DNA of 64,000 bases, taken from the IMG/VR virus record IMGVR_UViG_3300021400_000027, positions 115,788-179,787 of that record. One strand, given 5' to 3'. The notes beneath the pieces were generated by a model, which saw only the letters and a list, made by a program, of their open reading frames with translations, ran no database searches and had not been told where the DNA came from. The position numbers were made by a program, and so were the translations under genes. The DNA is from a virus. Its lineage: Duplodnaviria; Caudoviricetes. Of the stretch, positions 1 to 7,966 are shown piece by piece; the first letter of the stretch is position 1, and each line of letters starts with the position of its first letter.

Positions 1-238
1 ACAGTTCTTCGTATCCTGTATAAGGAAAAATCTTTAATTAGTGAAAAAATTAGAGAACTTGCTGAAAAGATTAGCGAAGATGTAAGTGTTGACGGCACAA
101 CTGTATGTGCTTGTGATAATGAAACTTGCGATTGTAATGATGATTAATTTAAAATAAAGTCAAAGCAAAAAATGCTTTGACTTTTCTTTTTATTTTTAGT
201 ATAATTTTATTAAAGAAAATTTAAAGGAGGAAAATAAA

Positions 239-907
239 ATGTACAATGTTCAGAAGAACCTTACCTATTTTGTAGTAAATAGAAGTTCTGGAAGAACAAC
301 TGAAATGACCAGAGATGAACTGGTTGTATGGGTAGCTCATTTGCTTAAAAATACCCGTGCCGGCGTGGATAATCCGTTTAGGGATATTGACTTTAGCGGA
401 AATGACAAAGTTCTGGTAACTAAGACGACTCAAACTTGGAGATACAGACCTCGCTTTGTTGATGGTGAGGTTAAACTTGTAGAATGTTGGGGTCTGGATA
501 CCGTTTCTTCTTATGAATCTCGCTCTACTATTGTTCTTGATTCTACTGGTAGAATTGTTGATGTAAGAGATTTTGTTGATGAAGCTAAAAAAGTTAATGT
601 TTTTTCTTGTAAAAAGGAAAAAAGAAGAACTTTTAAAGCTGGTGCTCTTCTTTTAGTTTATCACTGGCTTGGCAGTAAGAAAGAAACCTTTAAATTTAGA
701 CAGAGTGCAGTTCCTTTTGTTCATAAGCATGGTGGGAACTATACTCCCAAAACTCATAGACTCCAGAATTATAAGAATGCTGAAAATCTGAGACCTAAGA
801 ATAGAGTTAGTATGGATGACATGTGGGATTTTCCTTATCGTCATACTGATAGAAGTTGGAAGTCCAGTTGTAAGAAAAGACATCAGTGGGAAAAGCACTT
901 AAAGTGA
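239..907 (+). CDS. hypothetical phage protein
   Basis: 222-aa ORF, AAGGAGG RBS, upstream TTGA..TATAAT promoter. Confidence 0.75.
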   Translation: MYNVQKNLTYFVVNRSSGRTTEMTRDELVVWVAHLLKNTRAGVDNPFRDIDFSGNDKVLVTKTTQTWRYRPRFVDGEVKLVECWGLDTVSSYESRSTIVLDSTGRIVDVRDFVDEAKKVNVFSCKKEKRRTFKAGALLLVYHWLGSKKETFKFRQSAVPFVHKHGGNYTPKTHRLQNYKNAENLRPKNRVSMDDMWDFPYRHTDRSWKSSCKKRHQWEKHLK

Positions 908-1266
908 GACGTTTCGCCGCCATGCCATTGTCCGGCGTGGTGGTATTTTTGTATCTAAGGGGATTTTTATACATTTATATATTATCTATTTATATATTTC
1001 TCTATTAAATTTATTCCTATCAAACGGTAAAATCATTCCAAAGTGCGGAATAAATTTAGTAGATAGAACGGTAAATTTATTCCACGGAAATTCTATTCCA
1101 CTCGGTAAATTTATTCCGCCAAACGGAAAGAGAATACCAGATTTTTAGAAAAATTTTTCCATGTTATTACCTATTAATGCGTCCCGGCGCAACACAATAA
1201 AAAATTTGATTTTTATAGAATTTTATACTATAATAAATATAGAAAATTTGAAAAGGAGTTGAGTAT

Positions 1267-2028
1267 ATGCCACCTATGCATTTTAAAGACGATAGCTGGA
1301 ATTTTTGGGTTATGTATAGACGACTTGAAAATCAGTTTAAAGAGCATAAGACTTTAATAATTGCTTATGACCTTGATGACACTGTTCGTCCTTATCGCTC
1401 CTCAACTTGTGAGGAAACTATTAAGGTAATTAAGCGTTGTAATGAATTACTTCACCCTATTTTCATTGTCTATACTGCAAATCCAGACCTTAAACAGGCG
1501 AAGGTAGACCTTGAAAAATTAGGCTTGCCATATCATGCAATTAACGATTATCCGCAGGGTACAATGCCCTATCAGTTTTGGAAAGCAAAACAGGATAATC
1601 CTACAATGAAACTTTATTATAACGTACTACTTGATGATAAAAGTTTTGGCTTACGAGATAGTTGTCGTGCCCTCGGTATTCTTTGTAATAAAGTTGAAAG
1701 TGCTTTCGGTACTGGAGGGGAGTTTGATACTGCCTATCTTTATCATGACAAGAAACCTTCTGAAGATTTTGTATTCTATCATATTTATGACGGCGTACCG
1801 GCAGATACAACTTATATAGACTTAAATCAAGATTGTGGTTCTCCAATTGAGTTCGGTGAATCTATTCATGATGAAGAAGATTTAAAAGAATTTATTTATG
1901 AATGGCTTGAAGAGAATGACATTGATAAAGATAAAGTCTATACTTTTGTTGTTCAAATTGCTGTACCAGATGGGTATGGAGATTATGATTACTACGATTT
2001 GTCTACAACTGGACGGTTTAAAAATTGA
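1267..2028 (+). CDS. HAD-superfamily phosphatase-like protein with acidic C-terminal extension
   Basis: motif I YDLDDTV, motif II YTAN, motif IV LLDDK. Confidence 0.6.
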   Translation: MPPMHFKDDSWNFWVMYRRLENQFKEHKTLIIAYDLDDTVRPYRSSTCEETIKVIKRCNELLHPIFIVYTANPDLKQAKVDLEKLGLPYHAINDYPQGTMPYQFWKAKQDNPTMKLYYNVLLDDKSFGLRDSCRALGILCNKVESAFGTGGEFDTAYLYHDKKPSEDFVFYHIYDGVPADTTYIDLNQDCGSPIEFGESIHDEEDLKEFIYEWLEENDIDKDKVYTFVVQIAVPDGYGDYDYYDLSTTGRFKN

Positions 2029-2085
2029 CTTTTAATAAAATTTAAAGTATAATTTTTATAAAGAAAAGTTAAGGAGATGAATTGA

Positions 2086-2502
2086 ATGAGTGTACCTAAG
2101 ATTACTTTAAAACAGGCTGAAAAGGCTGTTAAGAAGAATCACTTTAAAATCTCTGAATCTGGCTATTCTAAAAAGTATGTTAAAAAAGCAGATAAATTTG
2201 AACGTAAGCACGGTTTTCGTTATGAAGATGCATGGAATCTTGACCATGCTATTGCTTGCTTTATTCTGCCTCGACTTGTTCAACTTCGGGACACCCAACA
2301 TGGATACCCTGCTTATTTTGAGCATAATTACCCTACAGAAGAGGAAGCCGTTGCCGCATGGGATGATGTTCTTAATGAAATGATTTATGGCTTCTACATT
2401 TATGTTACTAAAGATGGAATTTTTTGGGAAGATGAGGATAAGATTGCTTGGAATAGAGCTAAAAGTTGGCTGTGCCGTTACTTTTCTTCCTTATGGGATT
2501 GA
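2086..2502 (+). CDS. hypothetical phage protein
   Basis: 138-aa ORF with RBS and own promoter. Confidence 0.7.
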   Translation: MSVPKITLKQAEKAVKKNHFKISESGYSKKYVKKADKFERKHGFRYEDAWNLDHAIACFILPRLVQLRDTQHGYPAYFEHNYPTEEEAVAAWDDVLNEMIYGFYIYVTKDGIFWEDEDKIAWNRAKSWLCRYFSSLWD

Positions 2503-2511
2503 GGTGAGATT

Positions 2512-2763
2512 ATGAGATTAAAAATAACGAAGGTCGAAAAAGTTGTAGACGAGGGTGGAAAAGAACACTTAATAGTACTCGATTCCAACTGGTTTACGAT
2601 TAGTAACAAAGATTTACGAGAATCTTTAGCTAATCCATCTACTCGTGTCGAATTTTGTAGTGCCGCACCCACACGTTTTCAGCTTAATACTCTCTATGTT
2701 CGTGCTGATAGAAAGGCGGCATGGGCATATGTGTTGAAAGAGGAGGAGAATAGTGATGGATGA
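2512..2763 (+). CDS. hypothetical protein
   Basis: ORF with GAGGTGA RBS, co-oriented in operon. Confidence 0.65.
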   Translation: MRLKITKVEKVVDEGGKEHLIVLDSNWFTISNKDLRESLANPSTRVEFCSAAPTRFQLNTLYVRADRKAAWAYVLKEEENSDG

Positions 2764-2908
2764 AAAGGAATATGAGAACATTTGTTAGAATTGCGGTACT
2801 GCTTTTCTGACAGATGACGAAGACGAAGCCTATTGCCCCTCATGCTGGTCTAAGGTAATAAACCTTGAAAATGAGGGAAGCGGCGAAACAATTGAAAATT
2901 TGAATTAA
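2756..2908 (+). CDS. small Zn-ribbon protein, requires TAG readthrough (C-[TAG]-N-C ... C-P-S-C)
   Basis: GAGGAG RBS; in-frame TAG at 2786 lies inside the first CxxC knuckle; ends TAA 2906-2908. Confidence 0.7.
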
Positions 2909-2952
2909 AATAAAATTTATGATATAATTTTTATACAATCTGAAAAGGAGAG

Positions 2953-3255
2953 ATGAGTATGAAGGTTTATGTAGCAGTTCGTTATGAAGATTTTGATTGT
3001 CCTGAAGTTAAAGGCTTTAGTACTTTGGAAAAGGCTCAGAAACAGCTTTATGTCTGGGGCGGACAGCGACTCTTTGATGCATTTCATCGTGCCGGCGTAA
3101 CAATTGAGGAAGCTGATGAGAAAGAATTTCTTGCAAAAGATATTATGGGTTCTTGGGTTGAATATGACAAAGACGGCGGAATCGAATCTGTTTGCTGGGG
3201 TAGTGAAGGTGAAAACAAAACAGAATGTTGGATTGAAGAAGTTGAAATTGAATAA
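2953..3255 (+). CDS. hypothetical protein
   Basis: 100-aa ORF, AAGGAG RBS, promoter upstream. Confidence 0.7.
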   Translation: MSMKVYVAVRYEDFDCPEVKGFSTLEKAQKQLYVWGGQRLFDAFHRAGVTIEEADEKEFLAKDIMGSWVEYDKDGGIESVCWGSEGENKTECWIEEVEIE

Positions 3256-3330
3256 AACATAAGCACTTAAAAATTTGATTTCTTTTTAAAAATAAAGTAT
3301 AATATATATACAATTTAAAAAGAAAGTATA

Positions 3331-3400
3331 AAGACAGTTCAGCAACTCTTAAAAAAACATTAGCTTTTGGGGACTAATTAGTTTAAACGAAACTGTCTTG
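3331..3400 (+). ncRNA. clamp RNA 1 (closing stem + CAGCAA; internal hairpin with TTTGGG loop)
   Basis: AAGACAGTT...AACTGTCTT-G stem with CAGCAA directly after the 5' strand. Confidence 0.7.
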
Positions 3401-3406
3401 TTATTT

Positions 3407-3480
3407 GCGTCTGTAGCTCAGATGGTTAGAGCATCGCTCTTTTAAAGCGAGGGTCATGCGTTCAAATCGCATCAGACGCA
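3407..3480 (+). tRNA. tRNA-Lys(TTT)
   Basis: cloverleaf; TCGCT-CTTTTAA-AGCGA anticodon arm. Confidence 0.9.
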
Positions 3481-3484
3481 CTAT

Positions 3485-3553
3485 GGAGATGCAGCAGGAT
3501 ATTTATTTATAAATTTGAATCTGCATGAGGGTCAAATCCTTCCATCTCCACCA
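3485..3553 (+). ncRNA. reduced tRNA-like RNA (acceptor stem + T-like arm + CCA, no normal D/anticodon arms)
   Basis: GGAGATG/CATCTCC-A-CCA, same acceptor stem as tRNA-Ser(GCT) at 3932. Confidence 0.55.
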
Positions 3554-3620
3554 TTTAAAAAATTGACTTTTAATTAAAAATTGTATATAATATATATACA
3601 ATTTAAAAAGAAATTTAAAT

Positions 3621-3691
3621 TGCCCGTTCGTCTAAAGGTAGGACAGCAGTTTTTGGCACTGCTGATAGGAGTTCGATTCTCTTACGGGCAA
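3621..3691 (+). tRNA. tRNA-Gln(TTG)
   Basis: GCAGT-TTTTGGC-ACTGC; acceptor TGCCCGT/ACGGGCA. Confidence 0.9.
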
Positions 3692-3699
3692 TCATAAAT

Positions 3700-3774
3700 G
3701 CAGGGAGAGCTTATTAGGTACAAGCACTCGCCTTATAAGCGAGAGATAGTCGGGTTCAAATCCCACGCCCTGTA
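3700..3774 (+). tRNA. tRNA-Ile(TAT)
   Basis: CTCGC-CTTATAA-GCGAG anticodon arm; TTCAAAT T-loop. Confidence 0.75.
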
Positions 3775-3776
3775 TA

Positions 3777-3848
3777 AAGACAGTTCAGCAACTCTTTTTA
3801 AGAACATTAGTATTTGGGAACTGATTAGTTTAAAATGAAACTGTCTTG
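3777..3848 (+). ncRNA. clamp RNA 2 (internal hairpin with Pro-like TTTGGGA loop)
   Basis: AAGACAGTT-CAGCAA...AACTGTCTT-G; paralog of 3331-3400. Confidence 0.7.
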
Positions 3849-3854
3849 TTATTT

Positions 3855-3927
3855 GCTCCCATAGCTTAGTTGGTAAAGCATCACACTTTTAATGTGAGGA
3901 GCGAGAGTTCGAGTCTCTCTGGGGGCA
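3855..3927 (+). tRNA. tRNA-Lys(TTT), second copy
   Basis: TCACA-CTTTTAA-TGTGA. Confidence 0.9.
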
Positions 3928-3931
3928 TTAT

Positions 3932-4019
3932 GGAGATGTGGCAGAGTTGGTCGAATGCGGCACACTGCTAATGTGTTTGTCATTAAGTTGGCACGAAGGT
4001 TCGAATCCTTTCATCTCCG
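3932..4019 (+). tRNA. tRNA-Ser(GCT)
   Basis: GCACA-CTGCTAA-TGTGT, long variable arm, G73. Confidence 0.9.
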
Positions 4020-4095
4020 TCAATTAAAAAATTGACTTTTAATTAAAAATTATGTATAATATATATACAATTTGATTTAAAAGTCAAATATAAAC

Positions 4096-4169
4096 TGCCC
4101 TGTGGACAAGTGGCTTAAGTTGGGAGTCTCTAAAACTCTAAGACCTCCGTTCGAATCGGAGCAGGGCAA
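4096..4169 (+). tRNA. amber suppressor tRNA (anticodon CTA), probably Gln-charged
   Basis: GGAGT-CTCTAAA-ACTCT arm; acceptor TGCCCTG/CAGGGCA-A resembles tRNA-Gln(TTG) TGCCCGT/ACGGGCA-A; own promoter upstream. Confidence 0.85.
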
Positions 4170-4176
4170 TCGAACT

Positions 4177-4232
4177 AAGACGGTTCAGCAACTCTATTTA
4201 TTTGATATGTGGCTTCAAATTTCTCCGTCTTG
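4177..4232 (+). ncRNA. clamp RNA 3 (internal hairpin with His-like TGTGGC loop)
   Basis: AAGACGG-TT-CAGCAA...CCGTCTT-G; TTTGA-TATGTGGCT-TCAAA hairpin. Confidence 0.7.
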
Positions 4233-4329
4233 AAAGTTCAAATCAATTAAAAATTTGAAATTTCTTTTAAAATTTGCTATAATATTTATAGTAAATGAGA
4301 AAGAAAGCCAAATTGAAAGGAGCAAGCCT

Positions 4330-4575
4330 ATGTATATTTCAGTTCAGTTTAAGAATAAAAACAAAGAGTTTGTTGGTAAGCATTATGACTATGAATTGCT
4401 TCCTGATGAAAAAGTACCGGCAGTTGGCTCTATTATCCGAATGATGGACGAAAATTATAATTTTGTGTGTTACGGCACAAGAGTTATGGTTACTTCCGTT
4501 AAAATGAAAAGTGCTTCGGCAAAGGTCGCTATCAGATGTCTTGAAACGACACTTGATGATGAACAGGACAGTTAA
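4330..4575 (+). CDS. hypothetical protein
   Basis: ATG at 4330 follows GAAAGGAG RBS; shorter than the ORF-track call. Confidence 0.7.
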   Translation: MYISVQFKNKNKEFVGKHYDYELLPDEKVPAVGSIIRMMDENYNFVCYGTRVMVTSVKMKSASAKVAIRCLETTLDDEQDS

Positions 4576-4629
4576 AAATTTGAAATAAAAAATAAAATGA
4601 AGTATAATAATTATAGAAATTAAAGAAAT

Positions 4630-4703
4630 GGGAGAGTAGCTCAGTCGGTGGTAGCAAACGGCTGTTAACCGTTAGGTCAAGGGTTCGAGTCCCTTCTCTC
4701 CCG
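4630..4703 (+). tRNA. tRNA-Asn(GTT)
   Basis: AACGG-CTGTTAA-CCGTT. Confidence 0.9.
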
Positions 4704-4713
4704 TTATTTAAAT

Positions 4714-4786
4714 GGGGTTGTAGTTCAGTTGGGAGAACGTTTGTCCTGCAAACAAAAGGTCGTGGGTTCGATTCCCACCTTCTCCA
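4714..4786 (+). tRNA. tRNA-Ala(TGC)
   Basis: TTTGT-CCTGCAA-ACAAA; G3:U70 pair; C at position 33 and two acceptor mismatches. Confidence 0.8.
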
Positions 4787-4790
4787 CTTT

Positions 4791-4867
4791 GGGAACGTAG
4801 CTTAGTTGGTAAAAGCACTCGGCTGATAACCGAGAGACCAGCGGTTCGAGTCCGCTCGTTCCCACCA
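4791..4867 (+). tRNA. tRNA-Ile(GAT)
   Basis: CTCGG-CTGATAA-CCGAG; encoded CCA. Confidence 0.92.
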
Positions 4868-4870
4868 AAT

Positions 4871-4944
4871 GCGGAATTGGTGTAATGGTAGCATTTCTGC
4901 CTTCCAAGCAGACAGTGGGGGTTCAAATCCCCTATTCCGCTCCA
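4871..4944 (+). tRNA. tRNA-Gly(TCC)
   Basis: TCTGC-CTTCCAA-GCAGA; U73-CCA. Confidence 0.92.
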
Positions 4945-4946
4945 AT

Positions 4947-5031
4947 GGGTAAGTATGCAAACTGGTGAAGCGAGCTGTCTGTAAAACAGTTGCCATTGGC
5001 GTTGTAGGTTCGAGTCCTACCTTACCCACCA
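4947..5031 (+). tRNA. tRNA-Tyr(GTA)
   Basis: GCTGT-CTGTAAA-ACAGT; long variable arm; CCA. Confidence 0.92.
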
Positions 5032-5033
5032 TT

Positions 5034-5247
5034 AAGACAGTTACAGCAACTTCACATAGAAAAGATATTTATTTAGTAAATTTAGTTTGTGGAGTTCTCC
5101 CGTGATGTGATAGGGAGAAAGAATTAAAGTTCGCACTCAACTATAAAGTGCAATAAAAATTTATTTTCGCCGTATAGGTGGCGGAGTTGTTTCGCCGCCG
5201 GCGGGTTTCCCTTGACCTTATAAGGAATTTAAATTTTAGCTGTCTTG
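5034..5247 (+). ncRNA. clamp RNA 4 (long, multi-hairpin insert)
   Basis: AAGACAGTTA-CAGCAA...TAGCTGTCTT-G enclosing about 190 nt with several hairpins. Confidence 0.65.
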
Positions 5248-5249
5248 CA

Positions 5250-5648
5250 TAGGTCGCCTAAATAAAGGCTTACCCTTTAAAGTTAAATTTATGCATGGTT
5301 TCAGGAAACCGAAAAATCCGAATCGAAGTTGAGCCGCCATTCAACTTCGTCCTGTGGCGGCAGGTTTTGAGGGTGGAGACCTTTTAAACTCCCGTTTGAC
5401 GAACGTTATTAAAGTCTGACAGATGACATAATATTGCTCTAAATAGCCTCATCTAAGAATGGAATTTGAGCAGGTTAGAGTTTATCCTTAAAGCCAACCG
5501 GTTGAAAGTCCGTTGGACGGTAATAATCGTCCAAAGAATGGGAACTATTTGCTGACCTTCACGTGGTGTTTCTGAGTTTGGCTAACAGCAAAAAGTGATA
5601 CTCGGCTTTATAGTTGAGAAAGTTATCCGAGTTAAACGCTTCTCAACA
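5250..5648 (+). ncRNA. candidate large structured ncRNA with two pseudoknots
   Basis: no ORF; CGAAGTTGA/TCAACTTCG hairpin whose loop GCCGCCA matches downstream TGGCGGC; TTGGACG/CGTCCAA; GTTGAGAA/TTCTCAAC with loop CCGAGT matching upstream ACTCGG. Confidence 0.55.
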
Positions 5649-5665
5649 AAATTTATTAGATAGGA

Positions 5666-6250
5666 GTGATAACTTTGGTTGGAAATTGGGACATTAATGT
5701 TGTTGTAGGTAAGCTTCCGCAGAAAGTTGCTACTGCTTTTGCAAATCTTGGTGAAACAATTATTGGAGCAACATATACTCCAATTGCATATATTGGTTCA
5801 CAGATTGTGAATGGAGTAAATCATGCGGTATTGGCTGAACAGACAATTATTACCGGCAGAGATACAAAGAATATCGTCTTAATTATTTTTAATGAAAAAC
5901 CAGAGGGTGTTTCGTTAGTTAATATTGAGAGAGTTGTTGAAGGCGGTTTGGAACTCGGCGGAACAAAAATTGATGTAAAAACTGAAATTCCAGAAGATGC
6001 TCAGTCTGCATTCAATGAAGCAATTGGTAGCTTTGTTGGTTCTACAGTAGAACCCTTTGCATTAGTTGCAACTCAGGTTACAAAAGGTACGGACTACATC
6101 TTTGTAGCAACTGTTAAGCCTTTGGCACTTGAAGCAAAAGCAACTGTTGCTCTGGTTACGGTGAATACTCTTGAAAAGAGAATTTCCTTTATTGATGTGA
6201 TTCAGCCGAATCTTAATAAAGCAAGTCTTGGATATGCTTTTACTTGGTAA
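5666..6250 (+). CDS. hypothetical protein with internal duplication
   Basis: 194-aa ORF; two similar halves (AF..G..G.T..P.A...Q.V.G..). Confidence 0.75.
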   Translation: MITLVGNWDINVVVGKLPQKVATAFANLGETIIGATYTPIAYIGSQIVNGVNHAVLAEQTIITGRDTKNIVLIIFNEKPEGVSLVNIERVVEGGLELGGTKIDVKTEIPEDAQSAFNEAIGSFVGSTVEPFALVATQVTKGTDYIFVATVKPLALEAKATVALVTVNTLEKRISFIDVIQPNLNKASLGYAFTW

Positions 6251-6347
6251 TAGGGAGATTAAATTCTCCCCTACCAATTAAAAATTTGAAATTTCTTTTA
6301 AAATTTGCTATAATATTTATAGTAAATGAGAAAGAGATAAAAAAAAT

Positions 6348-6423
6348 AGCGGAGTGGAGCAGTTGGTAGCTCGCAAGATTCATTATCTTGAGGTCGTAGG
6401 TTCAAGTCCTGCCTCCGCAACCA
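6348..6423 (+). tRNA. tRNA-Met(CAT), initiator-like
   Basis: CAAGA-TTCATTA-TCTTG; 1:72 mismatch; CCA; lacks the three G:C anticodon-stem pairs. Confidence 0.85.
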
Positions 6424-6430
6424 GCACTTA

Positions 6431-6561
6431 AAGATACGTACAGCAAACCACTTAGCTTAGGAATTTTAATCCCCGTGATGCAGGTTCGAGTCCTGTCTTT
6501 ACAGTCTTTACTGTAAAGTAGCTTAATTGGCAGAGCAGGTAAATGCAAACAACGTATCTTG
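6431..6561 (+). ncRNA. clamp RNA 5 carrying circularly permuted tRNA-Lys(TTT)
   Basis: AAGATACGT-A-CAGCAA...ACGTATCTT-G; order anticodon loop, T arm, acceptor 3' strand, loop, acceptor 5' strand, D arm. Confidence 0.8.
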
Positions 6562-6567
6562 TTAAAT

Positions 6568-6642
6568 GCCTCATTAGCTTAGATGGTCGAAAGCACCCGA
6601 CTCTTAATCGGGGGAGCATGGGTTCAAATCCCATATGGGGTA
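6568..6642 (+). tRNA. tRNA-Lys(CTT)
   Basis: CCCGA-CTCTTAA-TCGGG. Confidence 0.9.
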
Positions 6643-6646
6643 CTAT

Positions 6647-6723
6647 GGCGGTGTAGTTCAGTAGTGTAGAACATCGGACTGTCACTCCGAAGGTCGCCGG
6701 TTCGAGTCCGGTCATCGTCGCCA
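6647..6723 (+). tRNA. tRNA-Asp(GTC)
   Basis: TCGGA-CTGTCAC-TCCGA; G73-CCA. Confidence 0.92.
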
Positions 6724-6725
6724 TA

Positions 6726-6849
6726 AAGACACATCAGCAAAACAATTCTTTTGCATTGGGAGCATGAGTTAGAGGTTCGATTCCTCTATCCACGACCAAA
6801 TTATACTGTGGATTGGTGAAATGGTATCACGCATTATAAGTGTGTCTTG
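6726..6849 (+). ncRNA. clamp RNA 6 carrying circularly permuted tRNA-Pro(TGG) with internal ACCA
   Basis: AAGACAC-AT-CAGCAA...GTGTCTT-G; ATCCACG-A-CCA linker TGTGGAT. Confidence 0.8.
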
Positions 6850-6855
6850 TATTTT

Positions 6856-6928
6856 GCTTCTGTAGCACAATTGGTAGTGCATCTCACTTGTAATGAGAGG
6901 GTTGTAGGTTCGAGTCCTATCAGAAGCT
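6856..6928 (+). tRNA. tRNA-Thr(TGT)
   Basis: TCTCA-CTTGTAA-TGAGA. Confidence 0.92.
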
Positions 6929-6932
6929 CTAT

Positions 6933-7006
6933 GCCGGTGTAGCTCAGTTGGTAGTAGCGTATGCCTGAAGAGCATAGCGTCAGAGGTTCGATTCCTCTCG
7001 CCGGCA
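6933..7006 (+). tRNA. tRNA-Phe(GAA)
   Basis: TATGC-CTGAAGA-GCATA. Confidence 0.92.
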
Positions 7007-7012
7007 TCAGTT

Positions 7013-7139
7013 AAGATTCGTCAGCAGAAGTATTTCAAAATTTACATACACCAAATGCCAGTATGTATGGTGTAACGGTAGCACACTCACCAGTTAAGTG
7101 AGAGGTAAAGGTTCAACTCCTTTGGCAGAACGAATCTTG
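7013..7139 (+). ncRNA. clamp RNA 7 carrying tRNA-Asn(GTT)-like domain permuted between T arm and acceptor 3' strand
   Basis: AAGATTCGT-CAGCAG...ACGAATCTT-G; TACATAC-A-CCA linker GTATGTA, then D arm, CTCAC-CAGTTAA-GTGAG, T arm. Confidence 0.8.
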
Positions 7140-7143
7140 TTTC

Positions 7144-7215
7144 CGCCCTATCGTCTAACGGTTAGGACATCGCACTTTCTATGCGAAAATCCCAGTTCGA
7201 GTCTGGGTAGGGTGA
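7144..7215 (+). tRNA. tRNA-Glu(TTC)
   Basis: TCGCA-CTTTCTA-TGCGA. Confidence 0.88.
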
Positions 7216-7262
7216 TTAAGCGTTATTAAAACGCAAAAATAAGTAAAAGGAGAAGAGAGGTC

Positions 7263-7766
7263 ATGAATACTAAAAAATTTTATCGTGGTAATGGTCAAAT
7301 CGTAACCTACGATGGAATGATGAAAGTAATTGCAGACTACATCATGGAAGATACGAAAAGTGATTATGAAATCACAGTAGGCACAGATAGCCAAAACCAT
7401 GACCTAACAAAAATGGTTGAAGTTATCGCTGTACATCGTGTTGGAAAAGGTGGTATCTTCTTCTACAGAACAGAATATGTTCGTAAAATTCGAGTTTTAA
7501 AAGAAAAAATTGTTGAAGAAACATCTCGTTCTTTAGAGAACGCAGAGGGGTTATTAGATACAGTTCAACTTTATTTACTCGAAAAAGATATTGATATTGA
7601 CAAACTCAATATTCATTTTGTAATTCATTGTGATATTGGTCATGCCGGCAAGACACAAGCACTTATTAAAGAAATTGTTTCTTGGGTTCAGTCTTGTGGT
7701 TATGAATGTCAGATTAAGCCAGATAGCTATGCTGCGTCTGGTATTGCAAACAAAATTTCTAAGTGA
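7263..7766 (+). CDS. RNase H-like YkuK/DUF458 family protein
   Basis: VGTDSQ, HRVGKGG, IHCDIG, IKPDSYAAS motifs. Confidence 0.8.
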   Translation: MNTKKFYRGNGQIVTYDGMMKVIADYIMEDTKSDYEITVGTDSQNHDLTKMVEVIAVHRVGKGGIFFYRTEYVRKIRVLKEKIVEETSRSLENAEGLLDTVQLYLLEKDIDIDKLNIHFVIHCDIGHAGKTQALIKEIVSWVQSCGYECQIKPDSYAASGIANKISK

Positions 7767-7771
7767 ACAAT

Positions 7772-7875
7772 GCGTTGATAGCCAAGCATTAAAAGGCACT
7801 AAGACAATAGGAGTCCTTGTCGTGGGAACTTCACCCACATGGAATGCGTGTGATTGAAACTGCACACTCAACGCT
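7772..7875 (+). ncRNA. aberrant tRNA-like RNA with extra arm
   Basis: GCGTTGA/TCAACGC acceptor-like stem, TA-GCC..GGC D-like arm, GACAA/TTGTC, GTGGG/CCCAC and GTGTG/CACAC hairpins. Confidence 0.5.
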
Positions 7876-7878
7876 TTT

Positions 7879-7962
7879 GCCGCTGTGGTGGAATTGGCAG
7901 ACACAAGGGACTTAAAATCCCTCGGAGTAAAATCCGTACCGGTTCAAATCCGGTCAGCGGCA
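7879..7962 (+). tRNA. tRNA-Leu(TAA)
   Basis: AGGGA-CTTAAAA-TCCCT; long variable arm. Confidence 0.92.
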
Positions 7963-7966
7963 CTAT

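Noticed and set aside
7772-7875. tRNA-Sec
   Set aside because: TCA is not centred in a canonical anticodon loop, and the acceptor and T arms do not fit the Sec pattern.
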